Below, in pieces: positions 1 to 8,246 of a stretch of 11,480 nt of DNA. The stretch is from Prevotella sp. Lineage in GTDB: Bacteria; Bacteroidota; Bacteroidia; Bacteroidales; Dysgonomonadaceae. The notes beneath the pieces were generated by a model. The model was not told the origin of the DNA. It saw only the letters and a program-made list of their open reading frames with translations, and ran no database searches. The stretch spans positions 1 to 11,480 of the forward strand of contig JAITVV010000027.1 in assembly GCA_031285625.1 (NCBI GenBank), given 5' to 3'. Numbering within the stretch: position 1 is the first letter of the stretch; every line of letters begins with the position of its first letter. The position numbers and the translations under genes were made by a program.

Positions 1-744
1 CCGTTGCCGGAACAGAAAGGAGCGCCTTCCTGCAACTTCATAGCCTTTACGGAGCAGGCCGTGCTGGAGTTCAAGACAACGGAGCCTGTAAGGATGGTTT
101 ATACGACTGATGGAAGCGATCCGGCGCTAACGTCCCAGGAATATACAGGATCTCTGACATTCAGGGAGACAGCGACACTGAAAATCCGTTCGGTACTGCT
201 GTCCGGTAAAATGAGCCCGGTACGTACAATTACAATAGAGAAGCAAAGCTATGCTCCGGCAATAGAAGTTGCGAAAGATGCCGCTAAGGGAATAAAAGCC
301 GAATACTACAAAGGCTGCTTCAGGACAGTGGCGGAACTCGAAGGGAAGGCTCCCGTGGAAACCGGATATGTGGCAACCCCGCAAGAATCAAAACACAGGG
401 TAGACGGTTACAGGGAAGTATTCCCGGATGATTTCTATTCGACAGTACTTACCGGCTACATGGACATACCCGGGGACGGGGTCTATTATTTCAGTACGGA
501 CCATGAACTGTGGATAGACGGCAAGCTGTTGATATCGAATGAGAAGGATAACCACGGTACAGCCCGCAAATTTTCGCGCAGCGATAAATCCGCAGCTTTG
601 GCCAAAGGCCCCCATTCATTCAAACTGGTAAGGCTGGGCGCGATATTCGGGGGATTCCCTACCCAGTGGGAAAATATCCTTGTCGCTATCCGCAAGGAAG
701 GACAGCCGGCATTCGAATATATGGATAAGAGCTATTTCAGGTGA
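1..744 (+). CDS. C-terminal part (5'-truncated by window) of a probable GH20 beta-N-acetylhexosaminidase: Fn3-associated/chitobiase C-terminal domain followed by a PA14 domain
   Basis: Frame is open from base 1 (CCG TTG CCG GAA), so the TTG at 4 is probably internal; stop TGA 742-744. MVYTTDGSDP...YTGSLTF...LKIRS fits Fn3_assoc/CHB_HEX_C_1. GIKAEYYKG...FYSTVLTGYMDIPGDGVYYFST...LWIDGKLLISN...LAKGPHSFKL fits PA14. This tail is typical of Bacteroidales GH20 hexosaminidases, but the catalytic domain is outside the window. Confidence 0.75.
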   Translation, partial: PLPEQKGAPSCNFIAFTEQAVLEFKTTEPVRMVYTTDGSDPALTSQEYTGSLTFRETATLKIRSVLLSGKMSPVRTITIEKQSYAPAIEVAKDAAKGIKAEYYKGCFRTVAELEGKAPVETGYVATPQESKHRVDGYREVFPDDFYSTVLTGYMDIPGDGVYYFSTDHELWIDGKLLISNEKDNHGTARKFSRSDKSAALAKGPHSFKLVRLGAIFGGFPTQWENILVAIRKEGQPAFEYMDKSYFR

Positions 745-754
745 TATTGCATAT

Positions 755-828
755 TACGCATATAATATGATTTATAATCTTTCACTCCGTTTGGGTATAG
801 CCCTCAAACGGAGTGTTTATGAAAACCG
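755..828. repeat. Hairpin-containing dispersed repeat (REP/MITE-like), copy 1; may also act as terminator or 3' stabiliser for the upstream gene
   Basis: Perfect 11 bp stem CACTCCGTTTG (783-793) / CAAACGGAGTG (805-815) followed by TTTAT. Bases 781-828 match 11106-11153 at 44/48, and looser similarity extends left to TACGCA at 755. Confidence 0.8.
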
Positions 829-1236
829 GATCGTAACTCTGATAGGGGGAAGCTCTAAATATTTCATAAAATTGAAGTGCTGATGCCATTTTATAAATGG
901 AGAAAACAACTCAAATAGATGACTATCGATCTTCTTGCCAGCAGCATTTTCTTCGGCTAATTCATCATGTTTTCATTGCCGGAATGTATCGGCTGTCTGT
1001 TTATATTATTCTAGCACAGTCGCTATCAGTAAGTTCGATATTTACCCTTGAGCAGGATATGGTTTGTTACCCGTTCTGACGTTTTCATTTTCTAATCAAG
1101 GTAACCATATCAAAATTACGAACAAATTACAATTCGTTTATAATATGGTTATTACTGTTTTAGGTATTTGAGTAAATTTAGCAAAATATCAAAATGAGTA
1201 ATTTGTGTAACATATTAATTAAAAATCATATGAATT

Positions 1237-1545
1237 TTAATGCGGTTGTCTGGTATATGTATTGATAGCTTCCCTGTCATAATCCGCTATCGCTCCCCAG
1301 TTATCCGATTCCATCGGTTTTTTATTATTATCAAATCCATCCAAAGATAATAAAGTGAATAAATTCCCCTCAAACCCTGCTACCTCCCATAACGAATAAA
1401 CAACCGGCTACCACTCCGGACAGTTTACTTCCAGCCATCCGTTAACCATGGGGATACGGATATTACCGAACTTAAAGTCGTTTTCAACCAGGCATATATA
1501 GAGGATACCATTATAGATTACAATGTCATTCGCATAATAGGTTCT
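1237..1545 (-). pseudogene. Internal fragment of a decayed gene, probably prophage-derived, with one in-frame TAG
   Basis: Manual translation of 103 codons: RTYYANDIVIYNGILYICLVENDFKFGNIRIPMVNGWLEVNCPEW*PVVYSLWEVAGFEGNLFTLLSLDGFDNNKKPMESDNWGAIADYDREAINTYTRQPH*. TAG at 1410-1408, TAA directly upstream (1548-1546), no N-terminal start. Two repeats of a Y-x-x-x-D/E-V/I-x-x-Y/F-x-G-x-L-Y/F module. Confidence 0.65.
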
Positions 1546-1989
1546 TTATCTTCCGGCTAAGGGCGGGGGTATTGTTTTCCTTATTTTCCGGCTTACCCAG
1601 TATTTCCTCCAATATATACACTTTCTTCTTTTTATGATTGTATAAAACACATTACCTCTATTTGGATTATTATTTTATTTATATACTCCAATAAGTTAAT
1701 TTTTAGATTTTTATTGGGTTTTATGTCTGATATTTGATTCTGTGTTCATCTAAATTCATGAAAAATAGCTTGCATAAATTCATTTTTTATGTTTTATTTA
1801 TAATGTACTTATATAGATACCTAGGGACGGGATAATTTTGATACTCGGATTTGGTGGGATGTAGCGGACAATAATTAACTTATTTGGTATAATTCAAATA
1901 TTTTTTTTTAAAAGGAGACCAGATGCACTCCTTATAATGCAGCATCCATTCATACAAACACTTTTTAATGCAGTGATGCATCAAATCTG

Positions 1990-2020
1990 AAAGAGACCGG
2001 GCCCGGTCTCTTTTTATGTT
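1990..2020 (+). terminator. Rho-independent terminator with no annotated gene upstream
   Basis: Perfect 24 bp palindrome AAAGAGACCGGG|CCCGGTCTCTTT (1990-2013); GC-rich stem followed by TTTTTATGTT (2011-2020). Confidence 0.7.
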
Positions 2021-2283
2021 ATCAGAATAATTTTTTCACAAAATACCGATAATATAAAATATATTTATATTTTTAATATTGGAAAAGCATCGTAAATAAG
2101 TGTATGGTTCTAAACGCGCAATAAATTAATTTATTTCGAAATTGAAGATATTGATTTATAGTAGATTAAATAGCGTACATAGGAATGTCGGTTTATATTT
2201 CTATTTAAACTGAGCCAATTATTAGAAACATAGACATCAAGCTAAAGATAAAACATTTATTAATCTTAACAAATTATAACATC

Positions 2284-2401
2284 TAAGTACCAATCATTAA
2301 TTAGTTTGCATTATGTTCTGTCTTAAGTTTCTGATGATACAATGCCTTAGGCACATATTAGTTCATTAAAATAATTAAAACTAATTAGTAATTGGTACTT
2401 A
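2284..2401. repeat. 24 bp inverted repeat pair (22/24) with a 70 bp spacer directly upstream of the susC-like gene; probable regulatory element
   Basis: TAAGTACCAATCATTAATTAGTTT (2284-2307) versus AAACTAATTAGTAATTGGTACTTA (2378-2401), whose reverse complement is TAAGTACCAATTACTAATTAGTTT. The right arm ends 36 bp before the ATG at 2438. Confidence 0.8.
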
Positions 2402-2437
2402 TCAACTAATATATCTAATTATACTAAATCTTCACTT

Positions 2438-5400
2438 ATGAAAAAAATCTATTCAATCATTTTATGCCTGTTTATTATTGGTAATGTCGCGGGACAAACC
2501 AAAAATATAACAGGCGTAGTAAAAGATCAGGGCGGGGAGGTACTCATCGGTGTATCCGTTTCCGTTAAAAATACAACAACAGGAGTAATGACGGATGTTG
2601 ACGGAAAGTTTACCATAAACATTCCGAACAATGTAAGTTCATTGACATTTTCGTATGTAGGTTATGAAACGCAGGATGTTCCGGTAAGTGCGAACATGTC
2701 CGTAATCCTAAAAGAATCCTCCCAGGCATTGAAAGAAGTTGTCGTGACAGGAATGACGCAGACCGATAGACGTCTGTTTACGGGTGCTACAGACAAGTTG
2801 GATGCGAATACGGTCAAACTGGACGGAGTCGCCGACATAAGCCGTGCTCTTGAGGGACGTTCGGCCGGAGTATCGGTTCAGAATGTATCGGGAACATTCG
2901 GTACTGCCCCGAAAATCCGTATCCGTGGCGCCACATCCATTTATGGAAGTTCCAAGCCTCTGTGGGTAGTCGACGGCGTCATCATGGATGACATTGTAGA
3001 TGTCGGGGCGGATAATTTGTCTTCGGGAGATGCGGAGACATTGATCAGTTCCGCTATTGCCGGGTTGAACGCGGATGATATAGAGTCGTTCCAGATATTA
3101 AAAGACGGATCGGCGACTTCCATTTACGGAGCCAAAGCGATGGCCGGAGTAATCGTGGTTACGACAAAGAAAGGCCGGCCGGGAGTAAGCAGCATAAATT
3201 ATACCGGGGAATTCAGCACACGGCTGGTGCCGAGTTACCGAAACTTCAATATCATGAATTCCCAGGAACAAATGGGTATTTATAAAGAATTGAAAAACAA
3301 GGGGTGGCTGAATCTGGCGGAAACAGCGCGGGCACAGGAAAGCGGCGTATACGGAAAAATGTACCAGCTGATAAATACATATGATCCTCAAACAGGGCGG
3401 TTCGGACTGGAAAATACGCCTGAAGCGATGTATAAGTATCTCAGGGGAGCGGAAATGCGCAATACGGATTGGTTTGACGAACTGTTTTCTATGAATGTCA
3501 TGCATAACCACTCGGTAAGTATCTCTTCGGGAACGGCAAAATCCCAGACTCACGTTTCTCTCAGTGCCATGTTCGATCCGGGCTGGTATAAGCAAAGTTC
3601 GGCAAATCGCTATACGGCCAACCTGAACACGACCTACAATATATTGGATAACCTGTCTGTAAACTTAATATCGAACGGTTCGTACCGCAAACAGAAAGCT
3701 CCCGGAACACTGGCGCAAGATGTGGATGTGGTGAATGGGCAAGTAAAGCGCGATTTCGATATTAATCCTTACAGCTACGCCTTAAATTCATCCAGGGCGC
3801 TTGATCCAAATGTATATTATACCAGTAACTATGCTCCTTTCAATATACTGAATGAACTGGAAAATAACAATATAGAATTGAATGTCACAGACCTGAAGTT
3901 CCAGGGCGAAATGAAATGGACGGCAATACCCGAACTGCAATTGGGTATTCTCGGCTCAATGGTCTACCGGGCATCTTCGCAGGAACACCGCATCAGGGAT
4001 AACTCTAACCAGGCATTGGCATACCGGGCGATGGACGACGCTACCATACGGGATCGTAATCCTTACTTGTATACAGATACTGACAATCCTTACGCCTTGC
4101 CGATCTCGGTACTTCCGCAAGGAGGTATCTATCAGCGTACCGACCGTAAGATGTTGAGTTATAATTTCAGGGCGAGTGCCACATGGAACAAGACTTTCAA
4201 CAACAGCCATATAACTAACTTCTACGGAGGGATGGAAACATCTTCGATGGATCGCAATAAAACATGGTTTAATGGCTGGGGGCTTGAATACTCGATGGGA
4301 GAAATACCCTTTTACGTATATCAGTTCTTTAAGCAGGGGATAGAGCAAAACCGGAATTATTACGATCTGACAAACGAACGGACCAGACAAGCCTCTTTCT
4401 TCGGAACAGCTATATATTCTTATCGCGGTAAATACTCGCTAAACCTGACAGGGCGTTACGAAGGAAGCAATCAACTGGGAAAATCACGTTCAGCCAGGTG
4501 GTTGCCTACATGGAACGTCTCGGGTGGATGGAACGTCCATGAGGAGGATTTCTTTAAAAAGTTTTCGCCAACACTTTCACATTTGAGTTTGAGGGCTTCA
4601 TACAGCCTTACCGGTAACAGTCCGTCTTACGGTGTGTCCAATTCACTGATCGTATTGAACAGTTATAAGCCCTACCGGCCATTTTCCAATGTTGCGGAAA
4701 GCGGACTGAATATTATCGAACTGGAAAACAGCGAACTTACCTATGAGAAAAAGCATGAGTTGAATATCGGAGCAGACATGGGATTCCTGGACAACCGTAT
4801 CAATTTGCAGGTAGACTGGTTTACCCGGAACAACTATGACTTAATTGGTCCGATCAATACACAAGGTGTCGGCGGGACTACCATTAAGCTGGCCAATGTG
4901 GCAGACATGAAATCTTCAGGAGTGGAATTTACCCTGTCCACAAAAAATATTGTTACTCCCGATTTCAAGTGGAATACCGATTTTACATTCGCGCACAACA
5001 AAGTAGAAGTAACCAAATTGAAAGCCAGAAGCCGTGTAATAGATCTGATTTCGGGTATGGGATTCGCCATGGAAGGTTATGCCAACAGGGGATTATTCTC
5101 GTACCATTTCAATGGACTGGATAAAAACGGGATGCCTACTTTCCTGGGGGCAAACGGCAAAGAAATCAATGCCGGTAATGCCGCGGATATCGATCTGCAA
5201 TTAAGGGACAATGTCGATTTCCTGAAATATGAGGGTTCTACCGATCCTACCTATTCCGGCGGATTCGGAAATATATTTACATATAAGAATTTCAGACTGA
5301 ATGTATTTATAACCTATTCTATGGGAAATGTAATCAGGCTGGATCCTGTCTTCCGCGATGAGTATACAGACCTGAGCGCCATGCCCCGCGAATTTGCCGA

Positions 5401-5758
5401 CAGATGGACATTGTCGGGAGACGAACAGCGTACAAATATTCCCGTTATACTGAATATACGGCAAACCGAAGCAAATACATATTTACAAAGGCTGTACAAT
5501 ATATATAACTATTCGGACGCGCGCATAGCGAAAGGAGACTTTATCCGTATGAAAGAAATGTCCCTGACTTATGATTTTCCCAAATCATTAATAGGAAAAA
5601 GCATAAACAACCTTTCCCTAAAATTGCAGGCAACCAACCTGTTCCTGTTATACTGTGATTCCAAACTCAACGGGCAGGATCCGGAATTTATCCGTGCGGG
5701 GGGAGTTTCCGCGCCTATGGCCAAGCAATTTACCTTGACATTGAGAATTGGATTATAA
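2438..5758 (+). CDS. SusC/RagA-family TonB-dependent outer membrane transporter
   Basis: 1106 aa. Signal peptide cleaved before Q; N-terminal CarbopepD_reg_2-like domain (ITGVVKDQGGEVLIGVSV...TDVDGKFTI...LTFSYVGY); TonB-box region LKEVVVTG; SusC signature DIESFQILKDGSATSIYGAKAMAGVIVVTTKKG; barrel motifs ELTYEKKHELNIGADMGFLDNRI and FIRMKEMSLTY. Confidence 0.97.
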   Translation: MKKIYSIILCLFIIGNVAGQTKNITGVVKDQGGEVLIGVSVSVKNTTTGVMTDVDGKFTINIPNNVSSLTFSYVGYETQDVPVSANMSVILKESSQALKEVVVTGMTQTDRRLFTGATDKLDANTVKLDGVADISRALEGRSAGVSVQNVSGTFGTAPKIRIRGATSIYGSSKPLWVVDGVIMDDIVDVGADNLSSGDAETLISSAIAGLNADDIESFQILKDGSATSIYGAKAMAGVIVVTTKKGRPGVSSINYTGEFSTRLVPSYRNFNIMNSQEQMGIYKELKNKGWLNLAETARAQESGVYGKMYQLINTYDPQTGRFGLENTPEAMYKYLRGAEMRNTDWFDELFSMNVMHNHSVSISSGTAKSQTHVSLSAMFDPGWYKQSSANRYTANLNTTYNILDNLSVNLISNGSYRKQKAPGTLAQDVDVVNGQVKRDFDINPYSYALNSSRALDPNVYYTSNYAPFNILNELENNNIELNVTDLKFQGEMKWTAIPELQLGILGSMVYRASSQEHRIRDNSNQALAYRAMDDATIRDRNPYLYTDTDNPYALPISVLPQGGIYQRTDRKMLSYNFRASATWNKTFNNSHITNFYGGMETSSMDRNKTWFNGWGLEYSMGEIPFYVYQFFKQGIEQNRNYYDLTNERTRQASFFGTAIYSYRGKYSLNLTGRYEGSNQLGKSRSARWLPTWNVSGGWNVHEEDFFKKFSPTLSHLSLRASYSLTGNSPSYGVSNSLIVLNSYKPYRPFSNVAESGLNIIELENSELTYEKKHELNIGADMGFLDNRINLQVDWFTRNNYDLIGPINTQGVGGTTIKLANVADMKSSGVEFTLSTKNIVTPDFKWNTDFTFAHNKVEVTKLKARSRVIDLISGMGFAMEGYANRGLFSYHFNGLDKNGMPTFLGANGKEINAGNAADIDLQLRDNVDFLKYEGSTDPTYSGGFGNIFTYKNFRLNVFITYSMGNVIRLDPVFRDEYTDLSAMPREFADRWTLSGDEQRTNIPVILNIRQTEANTYLQRLYNIYNYSDARIAKGDFIRMKEMSLTYDFPKSLIGKSINNLSLKLQATNLFLLYCDSKLNGQDPEFIRAGGVSAPMAKQFTLTLRIGL

Positions 5759-5780
5759 TATTATAAAAACAGAATAAATT

Positions 5781-7322
5781 ATGAAAAATAAAATATATAC
5801 TTTATTGATTGTATTATTTTTTGGATTCATGATATCCTGCGATGATTTTCTGGACGAAACTCCGGATAACCGTACAGAACTTGATTCCGGCGAAAAGGTG
5901 AGAAAATTGTTGGTATCGGCCTATCCTGTCGCTTCATACGCTTATATAACCGAAATGATGTCGGACAACAGCGACGAAAGCGAAGGCATAGGTTGGGAAA
6001 GCGAAATACTGCAAGAGCAGGCGTATGGATGGAAGGATATTACCAGTATAGACGACGACAGCCCCCAAATTATATGGGAACAGTTTTATAAAGCCATCGC
6101 TTCCGCCAATACCGCTCTCGAGGCAATCCGTGAAATGGGTGACCCCGCGGAGTTAAGCGCGCAAAAGGGTGAAGCCATGTTGTGCCGAGCCTACGGGCAT
6201 TTTGTTCTGGTAAACCTTTTTTCCAAACAGTACGGGCCGTCCAGCGCTTCGGATATGGGCATACCGTATATAACAGAGCCAGAGACTACCGTACAGCCCC
6301 AATATGACAGGGGTACGGTCGCTGGGGTGTATGAACTCATCGAACAGGATATTGAGGATGGGCTTCCTCTTATCAACAATACCACCTACGATGTACCCAA
6401 ATACCATTTCAATAAAACGGCGGCATACGCTTTCGCTACACGCTTCTATCTATATTATCAGAAATACGATAAAGTGATAGAATACACAAATCTGGTATTG
6501 GGAAGCAATCCCCTGAGCGTACTGAGAGACTGGGAATCCCTAGGCATGCTTACCGCCAACGGGAATGTCCAACCCGATGCATACATCAACAAGGATAACC
6601 CGGCTACGTTGCTCCTGATGCCGGCAAATTCTTATTGGGCTTACATTCATGGGCCGTACACGCTGGGACGCCGCTACGGGCATAACCAGTACCTGAGCTC
6701 GACCGAGACTGTCAGGGCAATGACCCCATGGGGAAACATGACCGATATTTTCCGCCAGGGAACATTCTGGAACGCGCAGGTAAACCGTATCGTAGTAAGA
6801 AAATTAGGTACTTATGTTGAATACACAGATCAGGCTGCCGGAATAGGATATGCACATATAGTACATCCTGTATTCACAACCGACGAAATATTGCTGTGCC
6901 GTGCCGAAGCGTATATCATGCAAAAGAGTTATGACAAGGCGCTGGAGGACATAAATCTCTTCATGACCAATTTCACATACGGGTCAACCGTAACCTCCGG
7001 CGATATAAGTAATTATTACGGTGGTATGGAATATTACACGCCGGAAGCGCCTACACAGAAAAAACGGCTGAACCCGGCTTTTACCATCGACCCGGGGACT
7101 CAGGAAAACTATGTACATTGTATATTAAATTTGAGGAGGCTGCTTACCCTGCATGAAGGTTTGCGCTGGTTCGATATAAGACGCTACGGGATAGAGATCA
7201 ACCGCCGGATTATCGGCAGTAGAATAACAGTCACTGATACTATGTCCAAGGACGATTTGCGCCGAACAATTCAAATACCGCAAGATGTCATCGATGCCGG
7301 ACTGCCGGCCAATCCGAGATAA
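5781..7322 (+). CDS. SusD/RagB-family nutrient-binding outer membrane lipoprotein
   Basis: 513 aa, 22 bp after susC. Lipobox MISC followed by DDFLDETP; TPR-like WEQFYKAIASANTALE and KGEAMLCRAYGHFVLVNLF; EILLCRAEA; C-terminal RRLLTLHEGLRWFDIRR and IQIPQDVI...NPR. Confidence 0.96.
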   Translation: MKNKIYTLLIVLFFGFMISCDDFLDETPDNRTELDSGEKVRKLLVSAYPVASYAYITEMMSDNSDESEGIGWESEILQEQAYGWKDITSIDDDSPQIIWEQFYKAIASANTALEAIREMGDPAELSAQKGEAMLCRAYGHFVLVNLFSKQYGPSSASDMGIPYITEPETTVQPQYDRGTVAGVYELIEQDIEDGLPLINNTTYDVPKYHFNKTAAYAFATRFYLYYQKYDKVIEYTNLVLGSNPLSVLRDWESLGMLTANGNVQPDAYINKDNPATLLLMPANSYWAYIHGPYTLGRRYGHNQYLSSTETVRAMTPWGNMTDIFRQGTFWNAQVNRIVVRKLGTYVEYTDQAAGIGYAHIVHPVFTTDEILLCRAEAYIMQKSYDKALEDINLFMTNFTYGSTVTSGDISNYYGGMEYYTPEAPTQKKRLNPAFTIDPGTQENYVHCILNLRRLLTLHEGLRWFDIRRYGIEINRRIIGSRITVTDTMSKDDLRRTIQIPQDVIDAGLPANPR

Positions 7323-7357
7323 GATAAGCAGAAATGAAACTTTAAAAAGAAAGAATA

Positions 7358-8236
7358 ATGAAAAAAATATTATATTTTATCATATTGATTTGTTTTACAG
7401 GACTCTTTTTTTCCTGTGGAAACGAGGATGCCCTGAACGACCGAAGCATCTTTGATACCGAGCCTCCGGTAAGGAACGAATTCGATAACTGGCTGTTGAA
7501 GAATTATACGATACCTTATAATGTAGATTTTAAATACCGCCTGGACGATATCGAATCGTCCCAGACCCATACCCTGGCTCCTGCCGAATATGATAAATCC
7601 GTAGCTTTGGCCAAACTGACAAAATTCCTGTGGTTCGAGAGCTACGACGAAGTCGCCGGAGTAGAATTTACGCGTTCCAACGTTCCGCGCATGATTCATT
7701 TGGTTGGTTCTCCTGCATATAACTCGGAAGGCACTATTACACTGGGTACCGCCGAAGGCGGATTGAAGGTAACCCTCTATATGGTAAACTATATAGACCT
7801 GGAGGATATCGACCTGCCTTTCCTCAATTATTATTACTTCAAAACGATGCATCATGAATTCGCGCATATCCTGAACCAGACGATAGAGTACGATCCCGAC
7901 TTCGATCTTATCTCCGAAGCGGACTATATCAGCGGTGACTGGTACCAGATCTCGGATGCCGAAGCTAACAGTGCGGGATTTGTAACGCCTTACGCCATGA
8001 GTGAACCTACTGAAGATTTTGCGGAAAATATCGCTGTTTATGTAACGGCTACCGACGCGGAATGGAACCGGATATTAACAAATGCGGGACCGGAAGGTTC
8101 CGGCATTATACTTCGCAAGTTTGATATCGTGTACAACTATATGAAAAGCGCCTGGAATATAGACCTCGACAAGCTGCGCGAAGTTGTACAGCGCCGTTCG
8201 GGCGAGATACACCTGTTAGATTTAGATAATTTATAA
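7358..8236 (+). CDS. Putative zinc-binding metallopeptidase lipoprotein (Peptidase_Mx1 / substrate import-associated zinc metallohydrolase family)
   Basis: 292 aa. Lipobox FFSC; FDNWLLKNYTIPYNVDFKYR; LGTAEGGLKVTLY; zinc motif HEFAH at 7853-7867; downstream FVTPYAMSEPTEDFAE as likely third-ligand motif; located directly after susD. Confidence 0.92.
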   Translation: MKKILYFIILICFTGLFFSCGNEDALNDRSIFDTEPPVRNEFDNWLLKNYTIPYNVDFKYRLDDIESSQTHTLAPAEYDKSVALAKLTKFLWFESYDEVAGVEFTRSNVPRMIHLVGSPAYNSEGTITLGTAEGGLKVTLYMVNYIDLEDIDLPFLNYYYFKTMHHEFAHILNQTIEYDPDFDLISEADYISGDWYQISDAEANSAGFVTPYAMSEPTEDFAENIAVYVTATDAEWNRILTNAGPEGSGIILRKFDIVYNYMKSAWNIDLDKLREVVQRRSGEIHLLDLDNL

Positions 8237-8246
8237 AAAGTACAGT

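Noticed and set aside
4-6. TTG start proposed by the ORF track for the first CDS
   Set aside because: The frame is open from base 1 and the protein begins mid-architecture with no signal peptide or catalytic domain, so the gene most likely starts left of the window.
680-883. 67 aa ORF, and the related ORFs 11116-11445 (+) and 10969-11238 (-)
   Set aside because: They run through the hairpin repeat. The shared peptide reflects the DNA repeat, and no protein features are recognisable.
885-1090. 60 aa + strand ORF 897-1079 and patchy minus-strand frames (MKTSERVTNHILLKG, NIELTDSDCARII, KHDELAEENAAGKKIDSHLFELF)
   Set aside because: No recognisable motif. A pseudogene reading needs several frameshifts and cannot be supported without BLASTX.
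2051-2071. AATATAAA/TTTATATT inverted repeat and other short AT-only repeats in 1640-2280
   Set aside because: Expected by chance in very AT-rich sequence.
2331-2337. CTGATGA hammerhead-like core inside the inverted-repeat spacer, and CTGATAA near 10814
   Set aside because: No correctly placed GAAA or stem I/III arrangement follows.
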